A stretch of 64,000 bases of DNA from Geosiphon pyriformis uo1 (taxonomy: Eukaryota; Fungi; Glomeromycota): NCBI GenBank assembly GCA_016748015.1, contig JAAOMT010000571.1, positions 408,582-472,581 on the forward strand, read 5' to 3'. The notes beneath the pieces were generated by a model, which was not told the origin of the DNA, made no database searches, and saw only the letters and a list, made by a program, of their open reading frames with translations. The translations under genes and the position numbers were made by a program. This document shows positions 1-11,124 of the stretch, piece by piece (position 1 is the stretch's first letter; every line of letters begins with the position of its first letter).

Positions 1-1580
1 ATACATCTTTTTATTCTTTCAAGTAGTCATTTCCTTATATATATCTCTTTTCTCACTAGTCTTTAATACACAAACGTTTACAATTATATTATAAATTTGG
101 ATAGAAAACCGTTTATCATTGCATATGTAACTTGAATTTTTATGGGGGAATTTCCAATGATAACTTATTTATTATGATTTATTTATATCTATTTTTGTAG
201 GAGTTTCAAAGTTTTTGAGCATTCACTATTAATTGAGGAAATTCAATGGCAGATGATTCTTTAAGGTTACAACAAATTAAAGTCATAAATTTGAAAAGAT
301 TAGATGAATAGTTTCTAAAATTTTGCTTTAATGAATATTAGAGTTTCGAGATTTAGTTACTGATTATCAGGAAGAGAGAGAATTAGGATAAAAACTTTGT
401 GAGTTAGATAAAACTTTGAATGGTGAGATTAAATTGAGTAATTTATTGAATATATAAAATATTATTTCTTGAGATTATTGACAATAGTTTTTTATTATAT
501 TGTTTTGAGAATAAAATATGTTTTAATTTGTAAATTCTTGGAATTCTAATTATTTGGTTAGGGTACTTGCAGAATAAATTCTTTTCCCATTTGATCCAAA
601 TTTTTTTTTAGAGACATATATCAATAATATAAATATTTTTAAAACTATTCTTTATTTATCTTTACTATTATCATTTAAATTTTAACCGATAAAAGAATCT
701 ATAGATTGGTTTCTATATACAATTAATTATTTTCATTAATTTTATATGCATTAAATTAAAATTAAATAAAAAGTCTAAACAAAAGAAAATTTTTCGAATT
801 CTCTAGACCATTGCGGACTGTCAATATTATTTGTTATGTCTGTAAATGTTTTTCAATACATTAATTTTAAACACAATAGTTTATTAAAATGATTGGTGCA
901 ATCCTAAACTAGGCATTTATAAATTACCATTAATAATTTTTTTTGGTTAATCTCTCAACTCCTCAAATAAACAATAATAAATTTATGTCAAAAAAGATTT
1001 CCATAAATAATAAAGGTTGAAATAGACTCGTGAAAAATGATACAAATTTTAATTTAGAAAAAATAATATTGAATCCATTGAATTAAAGACCCATTTTAAA
1101 AAATAATAATTAAAGTTGAGTAACAAACAAACAAACAAACCTTTTTTGTTGTTGTGAGTGAAGAAATATATTATAATAATATTCAAAAACTTTTGAGATG
1201 AGAAACCGTTTATTTTTGATTTAGTGGTCTATGAATATTTATTATTAAACATTTTTATCGTTTTTCCAATTTGATTCTAGAATTATTGTTTTATATATAA
1301 GATCAAAAGTTTTTTTAACAAAAGAATATATATGTTGATAAAAGAACCAATTAAATCTGTAAACTCTTTTATTTTGTATTTTTTACTATAATTTGTGTAT
1401 TAATAGTGTTAAATATAAACGTTAATAGGTATAAAAAAGAAAGATGAAATGAAAATGATTCTTTAAATTCTTTTCATCGTAATCTTGAATCTTCTATGAT
1501 AATAATACGTTTCCATAAATAAATACTTAAATTTCGAAATTTATTATAATAATCCCTTTATTATATTCAACATATAAATA

Positions 1581-2135
1581 ATGTCATCAAAAGAACTCTT
1601 GAAAAACAACATTTTTTCCATTGATGATGATGATGATGATGATGAGTTAAAAGTTTTTGAATTTGCTCAATCAATGATACAACCAACATCACCCGAGTCT
1701 GATATTCAAGTTACCGTCGATATAACCACAAAAAGACCTAACTTCAACCACTTAGAAAATGATGCTAATACAGATGAAAATTTTTTCAATTCCCATCAAG
1801 AAGTTTACTTTCATTTTAGCACTATTGTTGTTGAAAAGAATCAAAATCAATCTAAACCACAAGTAAGACAAACAACTTCAGTCAAACCTTTAGCTAACAG
1901 CAGCAGTGAATCAATCAGAAAATACTTACAACCGAATACAGAGCGACGAAGAAAACTTGTAAGCCCATTCATCCTTTATAGTAAACTTAAAAGTCCAGAG
2001 ATTGAGGCTTTACATCCTGATAAAAGTAAAGCAGTAATTGCAAAGATTATTTATAAATTGTGGTGGGAATTAGCCGTTGATGAACGTGAATATTGGGAAA
2101 GCGTTTCTGATGGGTTAAGGAACAAAACTTCATGA
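1581..2135 (+). CDS. HMG-box protein (MATA/SOX-like), single exon
   Basis: C-terminal RRRKLVSPFILYSK..HPDKSKAVIAKIIYKLWWELAVDEREYW matches the HMG-box pattern (F-I-L-Y, HP, W..L...E...W). TATA-like GTATAAAAAAG near 1429. Confidence 0.8.
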   Translation: MSSKELLKNNIFSIDDDDDDDELKVFEFAQSMIQPTSPESDIQVTVDITTKRPNFNHLENDANTDENFFNSHQEVYFHFSTIVVEKNQNQSKPQVRQTTSVKPLANSSSESIRKYLQPNTERRRKLVSPFILYSKLKSPEIEALHPDKSKAVIAKIIYKLWWELAVDEREYWESVSDGLRNKTS

Positions 2136-2312
2136 AGGAGATCATGAAGAGCAATATTATTCTTTTAATAAATAGTAGAAAGCGCTTTCAATTACTTTTA
2201 ACAGAAACCGAGATTTTTATTAATGACCTATAATTAGTGTATATCTTTTCAAATTTATCTAATAACCTTTATCATACTTCTGAACTTTAGTGAGAGTTTG
2301 AAGAAATGAGCT

Positions 2313-2313
2313 A

Positions 2314-2348
<35 letters not shown>
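2313..2348. repeat. (GATT)n microsatellite
   Basis: About 8 tandem GATT units. Confidence 0.9.
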
Positions 2349-4019
2349 TTAGTTTAGAATTTTTTCAAAGTTTAAAATTGTATTCATGATAGTTACTTGA
2401 AGCATTTCAACTAATATATTTGAATAAAATTTTAAAATTGAAATTTATCAATATATAAAGTCCTAAACTTTCATTGAAGTTGTTGGAATATACCATAAAG
2501 ACAAAATAAAATGTTAAACTTTAAATAATATTGATGTTTGATTAATTGAGATAAATTTATCTCTTCCCTTTAAAATTACCCAACATGCTCGAATCAATAC
2601 GTTCAATCATTATAAGAAATAGCTTTAATATATTCTCATAATTGACCTCAACTTTGAGAAGTAGACATGGGTTTCTCGGTAAAAATTTTTGATAAAATTG
2701 ATCCGTATATTTCACAGAATTGGGGAGGATTTAGATTTGATGTTAATGATCCCAATTTTGAATAATTTAATTTGTCAATTTATTGAAAGGAAATTTTTAA
2801 AAGCTAATATTATCTAAAATAAATAAATTTATTCTAAAAAAAAAAAATCGGTTCTTACTTTTGTCCTGATAATTTTAGAATTTGAATAGATATAACAAAT
2901 TTAACCAATTATTATGAACATAAAATTCGTAAAAACAAGTCACACCTTATACTTTTCAAGAAAACTCATTCGATGTTTTTAACATCTGCCTTTTAATCTT
3001 TAACAAAATTTTCAATTATTTTCAATGTTGTTGATTTAGAATCAAATATAGCTATTAAAATTCATTGAATAAATTATAAATAAATTTTTTTTTTTTTAAA
3101 TAATTTTTTTTTAAATTGATACCAAATTATCTAAATTTTTACCCACAATTTTACAAAACAAACTTATTAGCATAAAATAATATTTATTAATAAATATATT
3201 TTAAATGTTTTTAAAAATATAAAAAATAAACATTACTTTATTGCAATATATTTATTTATTTATTAGTTTTAAATGTATTTTTTTGATTAAAATATTATTA
3301 ACAAATAACTTTTTAAATTCTGCCAAACTTATAATATAATTAAAAATAACTTTTTGATTAAACATATTTTTTTGTGAACCAAAGACAGAAACAAAATTTT
3401 TTGTTTTTAGAAATCGATTTTCAAAGTCAAAAATCTGAAGAATTGACACCCAAGAATACAATTTAGAAAATAATTACCAAGCTCAAGTACAATAATATTT
3501 AACATTTAAAAATTTTTAATTTGCTGAAATTTTCAATCTTAAAAATATTTAAAAATAAAAATAAATCAAATTACCAAATACAAAGTTATCTAAACCAAAA
3601 TATTTTAATTTATTATAATAATCTGTCTTTAAATTTATTTTTAAATAATTTATATTTTATACTTTACCTATCGACATTTATTTTAATTTGCTTTTATCAA
3701 ATATATATTATAAGTAGCTTAATAAAATTATATTATTATAATATTATAATAAATTATTATTTAAAATATTAATATTTTTTGTTTAATTTTAACAATTTTA
3801 AATTATTAGTAATTATTATTGTTATTTTTATTATTATACAATCAATAATTTTTCAAATCATATAAATAAATTTTTTAATATTTAAAAAATAAGTTAAATA
3901 ATCTTTTTGTTAAAGATTTTTTAAAACATAATTTTAATAATTTTGCTTGTATAACAAATAAAAATACATAATTTAATAAAAATTTATTAACAATTAAATA
4001 ATTTATTATTATGTTAAAA

Positions 4020-4023
4020 TAAC

Positions 4024-4057
<34 letters not shown>

Positions 4058-4391
4058 TATAATTAGTTATATATAAATTAAATATTATTTAATACTATAT
4101 AACATCAAAGTATTCTAAATTAAACATAATTTATATGTTGTTTTTATATAATTAATTATCTAAGTAAGTTAAATTTAAACTATATTAAATTTATAAAAGC
4201 AAATTTATTTAATACAATTATTTTTTATATAATTGTAATCAAATTATTATTATTAAAAATTAAATTAACTAATTATATAACAGTTTTATTTGTATATAAC
4301 TTAATATATTAAAAGTTTAAAGCTTTTAAAAAACTATTATTTTTAACAAAAATTTTTTTATTAATAAAAAATTTTAATTTGTTATTAAATA

Positions 4392-4424
<33 letters not shown>

Positions 4425-5500
4425 ATAAATTTTTTATATTATATTTTATCTTAAGATTAATAATTTTTTACTTTAATTCTTTTAAAAATATTAATATTCT
4501 TTTTTATCTTAGCATTCACAAAAAAATATTTACTAATCTCATAATTAAAGTAACTAAAAAACTAATAAATTTAACAATAAATTTAATTAACAAATTTTAA
4601 TTTAGCCAATTCGAATTCCAAAAAATAAACTTAGAATTAATCATAAAATTCACAATAGTAATAGAAAAAAAAACCAAAATATAACTGTTTTTGTATAATA
4701 CTTTATATTAGTAAAATAATTTGTAAAATTTTTAAAGTCAACCACAAATTTTAATAAAGCTTAAAAAAAAAAACAGAAATATCTTATAATTTGTAACCAA
4801 TTAATTTACACTTTAATATTTGAAACATTATTAATAATTAAAGATTTTTTATCAAATATAATTTTTTTTAAAATATATAATTTAGCTTAAAAATTAAAAA
4901 TAATAACAATATATCTCAACTATTATGTAAAATTAAAAGACAAAAAAAAGAAACAAATGTAATTATATACTTAAAAAACTAAATTGTTAATTTTAAAAAC
5001 AGTACAACCAAATAAAAAATCCACTAATTTGGCTTTAAATACATTTTTTAAAATAATTATTTCTCTTTGATTTAAAACAAAAAAGATTTTAACACTATTT
5101 TTTTAACAAAAACTGACTAGCAAATTAAAGCTATATTTAAAAACTTATGCAATTTAAAATAGACAATATTATATTATTATTGTTCGATAGGTTTTATCTT
5201 ATTATTAAAAATTTATTAAAAGTATTCATACCATTTTTAACTTATTTATAGTGGCTTTTAAAAAAATATTACAAAAAGCAAACAGCAACAAAAATAGAAT
5301 TAGAATCAAGTATAATTATAAAAATAAAAATAATTATTAATTAATTGAATAAAAAAACTTAATTAAGTTTTAATATATTAAATAATAATAAGTTTATTAA
5401 ATATATTAATATTAATATTTGTTTAATTTTGTTGGCTATTTAAATATTATAATTTAGATTTTAATAAACATATTAAATTTTGGTTTAAGTAAAAAGTATT
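4020..5500 (-). mobile_element. Heavily AT-eroded ORF1-only non-LTR retroelement relic
   Basis: 4100-4360 aligns by eye with 31375-31600 and with the LINE 3' UTR. Reverse complement of ~5270-5310 resembles ORF1 at ~32975. (AAT)n tract at 4025-4055. Confidence 0.5.
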
Positions 5501-7716
5501 TTCTGTAATAAAAAATGCATAATTCGTATTTTTAATAAAATATTTATATATTGTAAATAAGTAAATAGTAATTGAATTATATTCAATAAAATAGTTAATT
5601 TTTTTCAAAAATTTTCAATTAAATTTAATTTTAAATATATTTTAACCAGTTTAATAAATCTTTTCTCAAGACAATTTGTGTATTAAAATTGTTATTTTGT
5701 TTGAACTGTTAATATTTTTTTATAAATATATTTTTTGTCTAAAATTTTTAGGTATTTTTTAATTAATTTTTTTATATTCTGTTTTTTTATTAATGACAAA
5801 ACATTGTTATAAATTTTTTCTCAATTTAATTACAATTATTTATTAACATTAAAAATAGTTTTTGGTTGTTTTTGGTTATTTTTAATTCCCGAATGTATAA
5901 AATTGCCAAGTAAAAAATCAATATATATAATTTTTTTGATTGTGTTGTTAAAACATGAAAAAAAAACAGTTTTATTTTGTTATATTTATTGTGCAATTGA
6001 TTGAACATATTAAAAAAAAAACTTTTTTGGTCAATTAAAATTTTTTTTTTGATTTAAAAAGTATTTATTTCAGTTTTGCAAGACTGTTATAGATTTTAAA
6101 TATTAAATTTTTGTTCTATCATAAATTTTTTTTTTAAACACATTTTTATATTTTCAGAGATTTAAAAATTTTTACATTATAGCTCCAAATGTGATTTTGT
6201 TATTTTCATGAGTTTTAACCAAAAAAAGATCAAAAATATCACAAAAAAGTGTAAATATAATGTTATCATTTAAACCAAAAAATTAACTTTAATAATTTCT
6301 AAAAACTTTATATTAAAATAAAAAGAAATTTCCTTTTGACCAATTTTTCGTGGGAGTTGAGAATAATTGGATTGGAACTTCTTTTTGAGTAAAATTCATA
6401 TAATTTTTTTTTTTTGAAAAATGTAGACTTTTGTAAAAATAGCGTTAAAACCTAAAAGTTTTTTTTGAAAATTTGCAACTGCCGAGAACTGTTAAAATTG
6501 GTGAATTCAAATGGTGAATAAACATTAAAAGTAAATAATTGCAAGCATAAAATATGATTTGACAGTAGAATGGTAAATAACAATCAAAACCTTATTGAAA
6601 AAATGATGTTTTTTATATAAAATTAAACAAGGTTTATTTTTAATTTGGACAAAAACATAGTCTTACTAAAACTTGAATTTTAAAAAATTTCAAGAAAGTA
6701 AATTTCTTGGATTAAATAATATGCAATGGGCTGAAACAAAAAGTGTACAAAATTCAATTAAGATACGCATTATTTTTTGAAAATTTGTTATTCTTGTTTA
6801 TCAAAAAAAGCTTAAAAATTTATATAAAATAATTAATCGAATGTAATGTCAGTTTCAAGAATTAAATAATTGTATAACCCATTAAAAAATGAAAAATTAA
6901 TTTCTTAAAGTTACAAGATTATCCCGCGGGAAATTGGATGAATACATTCAAGGGTTAAGCGTAAGATGTGGTAAATAAAATAAATTCTAACACATATTTG
7001 ACTCTTTGCACAACAAATGTGATTAAGAATGATGAGAAATTCAAAAAATTGATATATATAGTGCTGGCAAGATTTTTAAATCATATCACCTAAAAATATG
7101 TATAATCAAAATAATTTACAAAATCTGTTTTTTTTTTAAATCCGACCCTCAATAATTTACATACCCCAAGATGAAACGGAAATTTAAAAAAAAAAAGAAA
7201 GTTATTTGCGCAACAATTGTTTCGAATCTGTTAGTTACATTTCCAAATCAACAAAACTCCTTTTTTGTTTTTGCGAAACACAAAAGATATCTATATTATA
7301 TCCAAAAGCTTCGCATATTCATGAGCTTATTAGAAGACTTCATTCACAACAAACTGGTTAACAGAATCTTTTGTTAAAATATCTTAAAAAGGAAAAAATT
7401 GGTTATATTCACAAATCATAGATTTTCAAAAAAATATTCCAACAAGCTCTTAAAAATTAAATATGAATTTTATTGAGAATAATAATGAAATTGATATTCA
7501 CATGATCTAGAATGCTGATTTAATTACATGAATCTGAATGTGTACACCAGTGAAAATGCAAGAATTTATATAAAAATGATTCTGTGGAAGAATGTAACAA
7601 TTCGAACGGTTCTTTCCAGGGTAATTTTTGAAGTATGGTATATACATTTTGGATTAGTAACTAGCTTAATCAATTCTGGGTTCCCTATTTAGTTGTCGTT
7701 GTCATTGAACTAATCT

Positions 7717-9189
7717 TTAGTAAAGAGCTCGTTTTTCCTCCTGTCTCTTCCCGTTGCCGCGTTTCCATCCCCTGTTGTTGTTGCCATTGCTGTTGCCATT
7801 AAAGCTACCCCAATTAGCGTTACCATTTTTGTTACCATTCGCGCTACCGAGATTATTGTTGCCATTGTTATTTCCGTTGAAGTTGCCAAGGTTACCATTT
7901 CCATTATTGTTTCCATTACCGCCGCGTTTCCACCACCAGCCGTCCCTATTATTGTTGCCATTGCTATTTCCGTTGAAGTTGCCAATGTTACCATTTCCAT
8001 TATTGTTTCCATTACCACCGCGTTGCCACCACCAGCCGTCCCTATTATTGTTGCCATTGTTATTTCCGTTGAAGTTGCCAAGGTTACCATTTCCATTATT
8101 GTTTCCATTACCGCCGCGTTTCCACCACCAGCCGTCCCTATTATTGTTGCCATTGTTATTTCCGTTGAAGTTGCCAAGGTTACCATTTCCATTATTGTTT
8201 CCATTACCGCCGCGTTTCCACCACCAGCCGTCCCTATTATTGTTGCCATTGTTATTTCCGTTGAAGTTGCCAAGGTTACCATTTCCATTATTGTTTCCAT
8301 TACCGCCGCGTTTCCACCACCAGCCGTCCCTATTATTGTTGCCATTGCTATTTCCGTTGAAGTTGCCAAGGTTACCATTTCCATTATTGTTTCCATTACC
8401 ACCGCGTTCTTCTATTCTCTTATATAAGAGAGGATCTCTCTTATATACTAGAGGATCTCTCTTATATTCTTGAGGATCTCTCTTATATTCTTGAGGATCT
8501 CTCTTCCACCACCAGCCGTCCCTATTATTGTTGCCATTGTTATTTCCGTTGAAGTTGCCAAGGTTACCATTTCCATTATTGTTTCCATTACCGCCGCGTT
8601 TCCACCACCAGCCGTCCCTATTATTGTTGCCATTGTTATTTCCGTTGAAGTTGCCAAGGTTACCATTTCCATTATTGTTTCCATTACCGCCGCGTTTCCA
8701 CCACCAGCCGTCCCTATTATTGTTGCCATTGTTATTTCCGTTGAAGTTGCCAAGGTTACCATTTCCATTATTGTTTCCATTACCGCCGCGTTTCCACCAC
8801 CAGCCGTCCCTATTATTGTTGCCATTGCTATTTCCGTTGAAGTTGCCAATGTTACCATTTCCATTATTGTTTCCATTACCACCGCGTTCTTCTATTCTCT
8901 TATATAAGAGAGGATCTCTCTTATATTCTTGAGGATCTCTCTTCCACCACCAGCCTCCCTTGTTGTTGTTGCCATTGCTGTTGCCATTAAAGCTACCCAA
9001 ATTAGCGTTACCGTTGTTGTTCCCATTCGCGCTACCCCAATTATTGTTGCCGTTGTTATTTCCGTTGAAGTCGCCAATGTTACCATTTCCATTATTGTTC
9101 CCGTTACCACCACGTTTTTCATTGGCAGAGACGGCCACAGCATAAGCGAGAAGTGACAAGGTAGATAAAGTTATAATTTTAGGTGCCAT
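7717..9189 (-). CDS. Secreted Kex2-processed repeat protein (KEP-1), Asn/Gly-rich, WWW-KR repeats
   Basis: Signal peptide MAPKIITLSTLSLLAYAVAVSA, then NEKR. Nine 32-aa units GGNGNNNGNGN(L/I)GNFNGN(N/S)NGNNNRDGWWW(K/Q)R with 96-bp period, two longer units, six DPxxYKR units. Intact 490-aa ORF. Confidence 0.92.
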   Translation of the reverse strand: MAPKIITLSTLSLLAYAVAVSANEKRGGNGNNNGNGNIGDFNGNNNGNNNWGSANGNNNGNANLGSFNGNSNGNNNKGGWWWKRDPQEYKRDPLLYKRIEERGGNGNNNGNGNIGNFNGNSNGNNNRDGWWWKRGGNGNNNGNGNLGNFNGNNNGNNNRDGWWWKRGGNGNNNGNGNLGNFNGNNNGNNNRDGWWWKRGGNGNNNGNGNLGNFNGNNNGNNNRDGWWWKRDPQEYKRDPQEYKRDPLVYKRDPLLYKRIEERGGNGNNNGNGNLGNFNGNSNGNNNRDGWWWKRGGNGNNNGNGNLGNFNGNNNGNNNRDGWWWKRGGNGNNNGNGNLGNFNGNNNGNNNRDGWWWKRGGNGNNNGNGNLGNFNGNNNGNNNRDGWWWQRGGNGNNNGNGNIGNFNGNSNGNNNRDGWWWKRGGNGNNNGNGNLGNFNGNNNGNNNLGSANGNKNGNANWGSFNGNSNGNNNRGWKRGNGKRQEEKRALY

Positions 9190-9260
9190 TTAGAATCTCC
9201 TTTTCTTGTGAAGTGGTTTAGAGATATAGGAATGAAATTATTGTGAAGAAGGGAACGGTT

Positions 9261-9270
9261 CTTTTTATAC
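9261..9270 (-). promoter_or_regulatory. TATA box of KEP-1
   Basis: GTATAAAAAG on minus strand ~75 bp upstream of the ATG. Confidence 0.55.
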
Positions 9271-10313
9271 TTTTGAATACTCCTTAGCTGATTTATAGAA
9301 TTTAGAATTTAGAATTTTCATTTGTGATTGATTAGGGATTACACCATAAAAAAATCGAAAAAGTAATCGTTCTCCAAGCAATTTTAGATGACTATAAGGC
9401 TTAAATTTCTGGTTTCCATATGAGAACAATCATTAATAAGCCTCAAATGCTTTGAAATTCGGATACAGAAAAAGCCAAATTTAAGAATCTTTGGCATTGA
9501 AAATTTATCATATTGAAGCCTCTTTCTGTGGCTTTGAGTTTTAATTTTCAACCTAGATTGGTGGCAATAAAATTCTAAATCGTTGTTTGATCAACTTTCT
9601 TTTCCAGGCAAGATTTTATTGGCTAGCTTTTTTAACCGCTAATCTTCTTCAGCTATTAATTTATGGCAAATATAGCGTCATGTCAATATTCAGACCACGA
9701 TTGAAGCAAGATTCTTGTTTTCTAACGTTAAGCCCATTCTTGGCAAGACAAGTTTCTATTATTTATAAAACAATTAAGGCTCATTAACTTCTAACGCTTG
9801 GGGCAATCATTCTAAGGTTTTCCTTCTTAAGATTTTATTGGTTTGCTTTCTTGCCTTTTCAGGGCTTATATCCTTTCTTGGAACTATTAATTCAGGGTAA
9901 ATTTGCGAAGTAAAGCTGGCGAGATATTTAGTTAAATAGTGTTGTACTATTATCCATATTATATTCGAGGCATTCTTGGGAAAAAATTCTTAGTTTATCG
10001 ACAACAAGTTCGATGTAATAATAAAGCAAAGCCATGAAGTAGGATACGATGATTAGCCTAAATTTGGGCTCTTTTTTCAAGCTTTTTTACCAGTTAAACT
10101 ATGTTTCAACAATAAAATTGACGATCATAAAATAGGGGAGAATTTTGGAAGAAATAGTTCGTATTTGATTCATTAGAGTAGTGTGCTTTTTTACACTTAT
10201 AATAATAATACACTCTCGTAAATTTTTAAAATAACTTGACACAAAGCAAGAGTATTTTTTGTAAATTGACACCGAATTTTTAATTTTCCTCAATAATTTC
10301 GTTTTTCCATGAT

Positions 10314-11124
10314 TCAAGATTTTAGCGCCTCCAATTTCTCTACACTCAAAAATAAGGCATTTGCATCGAGAATAAGTAGCTCCTTATCAAAAATCATCAT
10401 TTTACCTTCAACAAAACCTTTTCTTCCTTCGAGTTTCGTAACCTTGCATTGGCATTTTACAATTTGGTTGGTAGCACAAGGAGTTCTAAAGTTCACATGA
10501 AGATAAGCTGTTGCTCCATTTTCGTGAGGAAAGTATGGATTTACCTTTAGTAGACAAAGTTGTTAGGGAAAAGTTTCTTACTAGATATTTTTTTATTTCT
10601 AAATATTAACTTACAGTCCTAGCAAACATTTCATCCATAATAGTTGACAACAACCCACCATGCACAATCCCATCATGTCCACATAAATCCCTACCAAGAT
10701 GCAAAAAAGCTAACAATTCCATCTTTTCCTTTGAAAAAAATACAACAGGGGGCACTGATAACCGTCCTTTTCCTAATAATGTGCCGGCTGTTAAATTATA
10801 TTTTCTGGTTTCTTCTCGTAACCATGGATATACTCTATTTTCCTCATAGCCTTTATCATTACGTAGCTGTTGAACGAGTGGATGGGAAGATATTTGTTCA
10901 TTGATTTCTCTAGCAAAAGCTAAATTTTCATCTTGCGAAATTGAAGTAATTCTGGGGGGGCGAGTTATAAAGACAGTGTAACGCCTCAAACCACCGGTTA
11001 CCAGAAGAAGCGAGATCCCTATTGCTGTCAAGCCGATTACTACTGTGGTAGTAGTTTTTGAATTAGTGAAAAGATTTGATCCCAAAGATTTAAATGCTGT
11101 TCCATAACCTGAGTTTGACCCCAT
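10314..11124 (-). CDS. PaaI/4HBT hotdog-fold thioesterase (THEM4-like), 2 exons (11124-10615, 10544-10314)
   Basis: HLGRDLCGHDGIVHGGLLSTIMDE motif. Second exon TAYLHVNFRTP..EGRKGFVEG..DANALF. GT-AG intron 10545-10614 keeps frame. N-terminal hydrophobic segment. Confidence 0.9.

Noticed and set aside
3252-6008. Short I/L/N/K/F-rich ORFs
   Set aside because: Compositional artefacts of AT-rich eroded DNA
7710-9156. Long alternative-frame and antisense ORFs over KEP-1 (MVMETIMEM..., PLLFPLKLP..., PPPAVPIIVA...)
   Set aside because: Shadows of a stop-free 96-bp repeat; only the 490-aa frame has a signal peptide and processing sites
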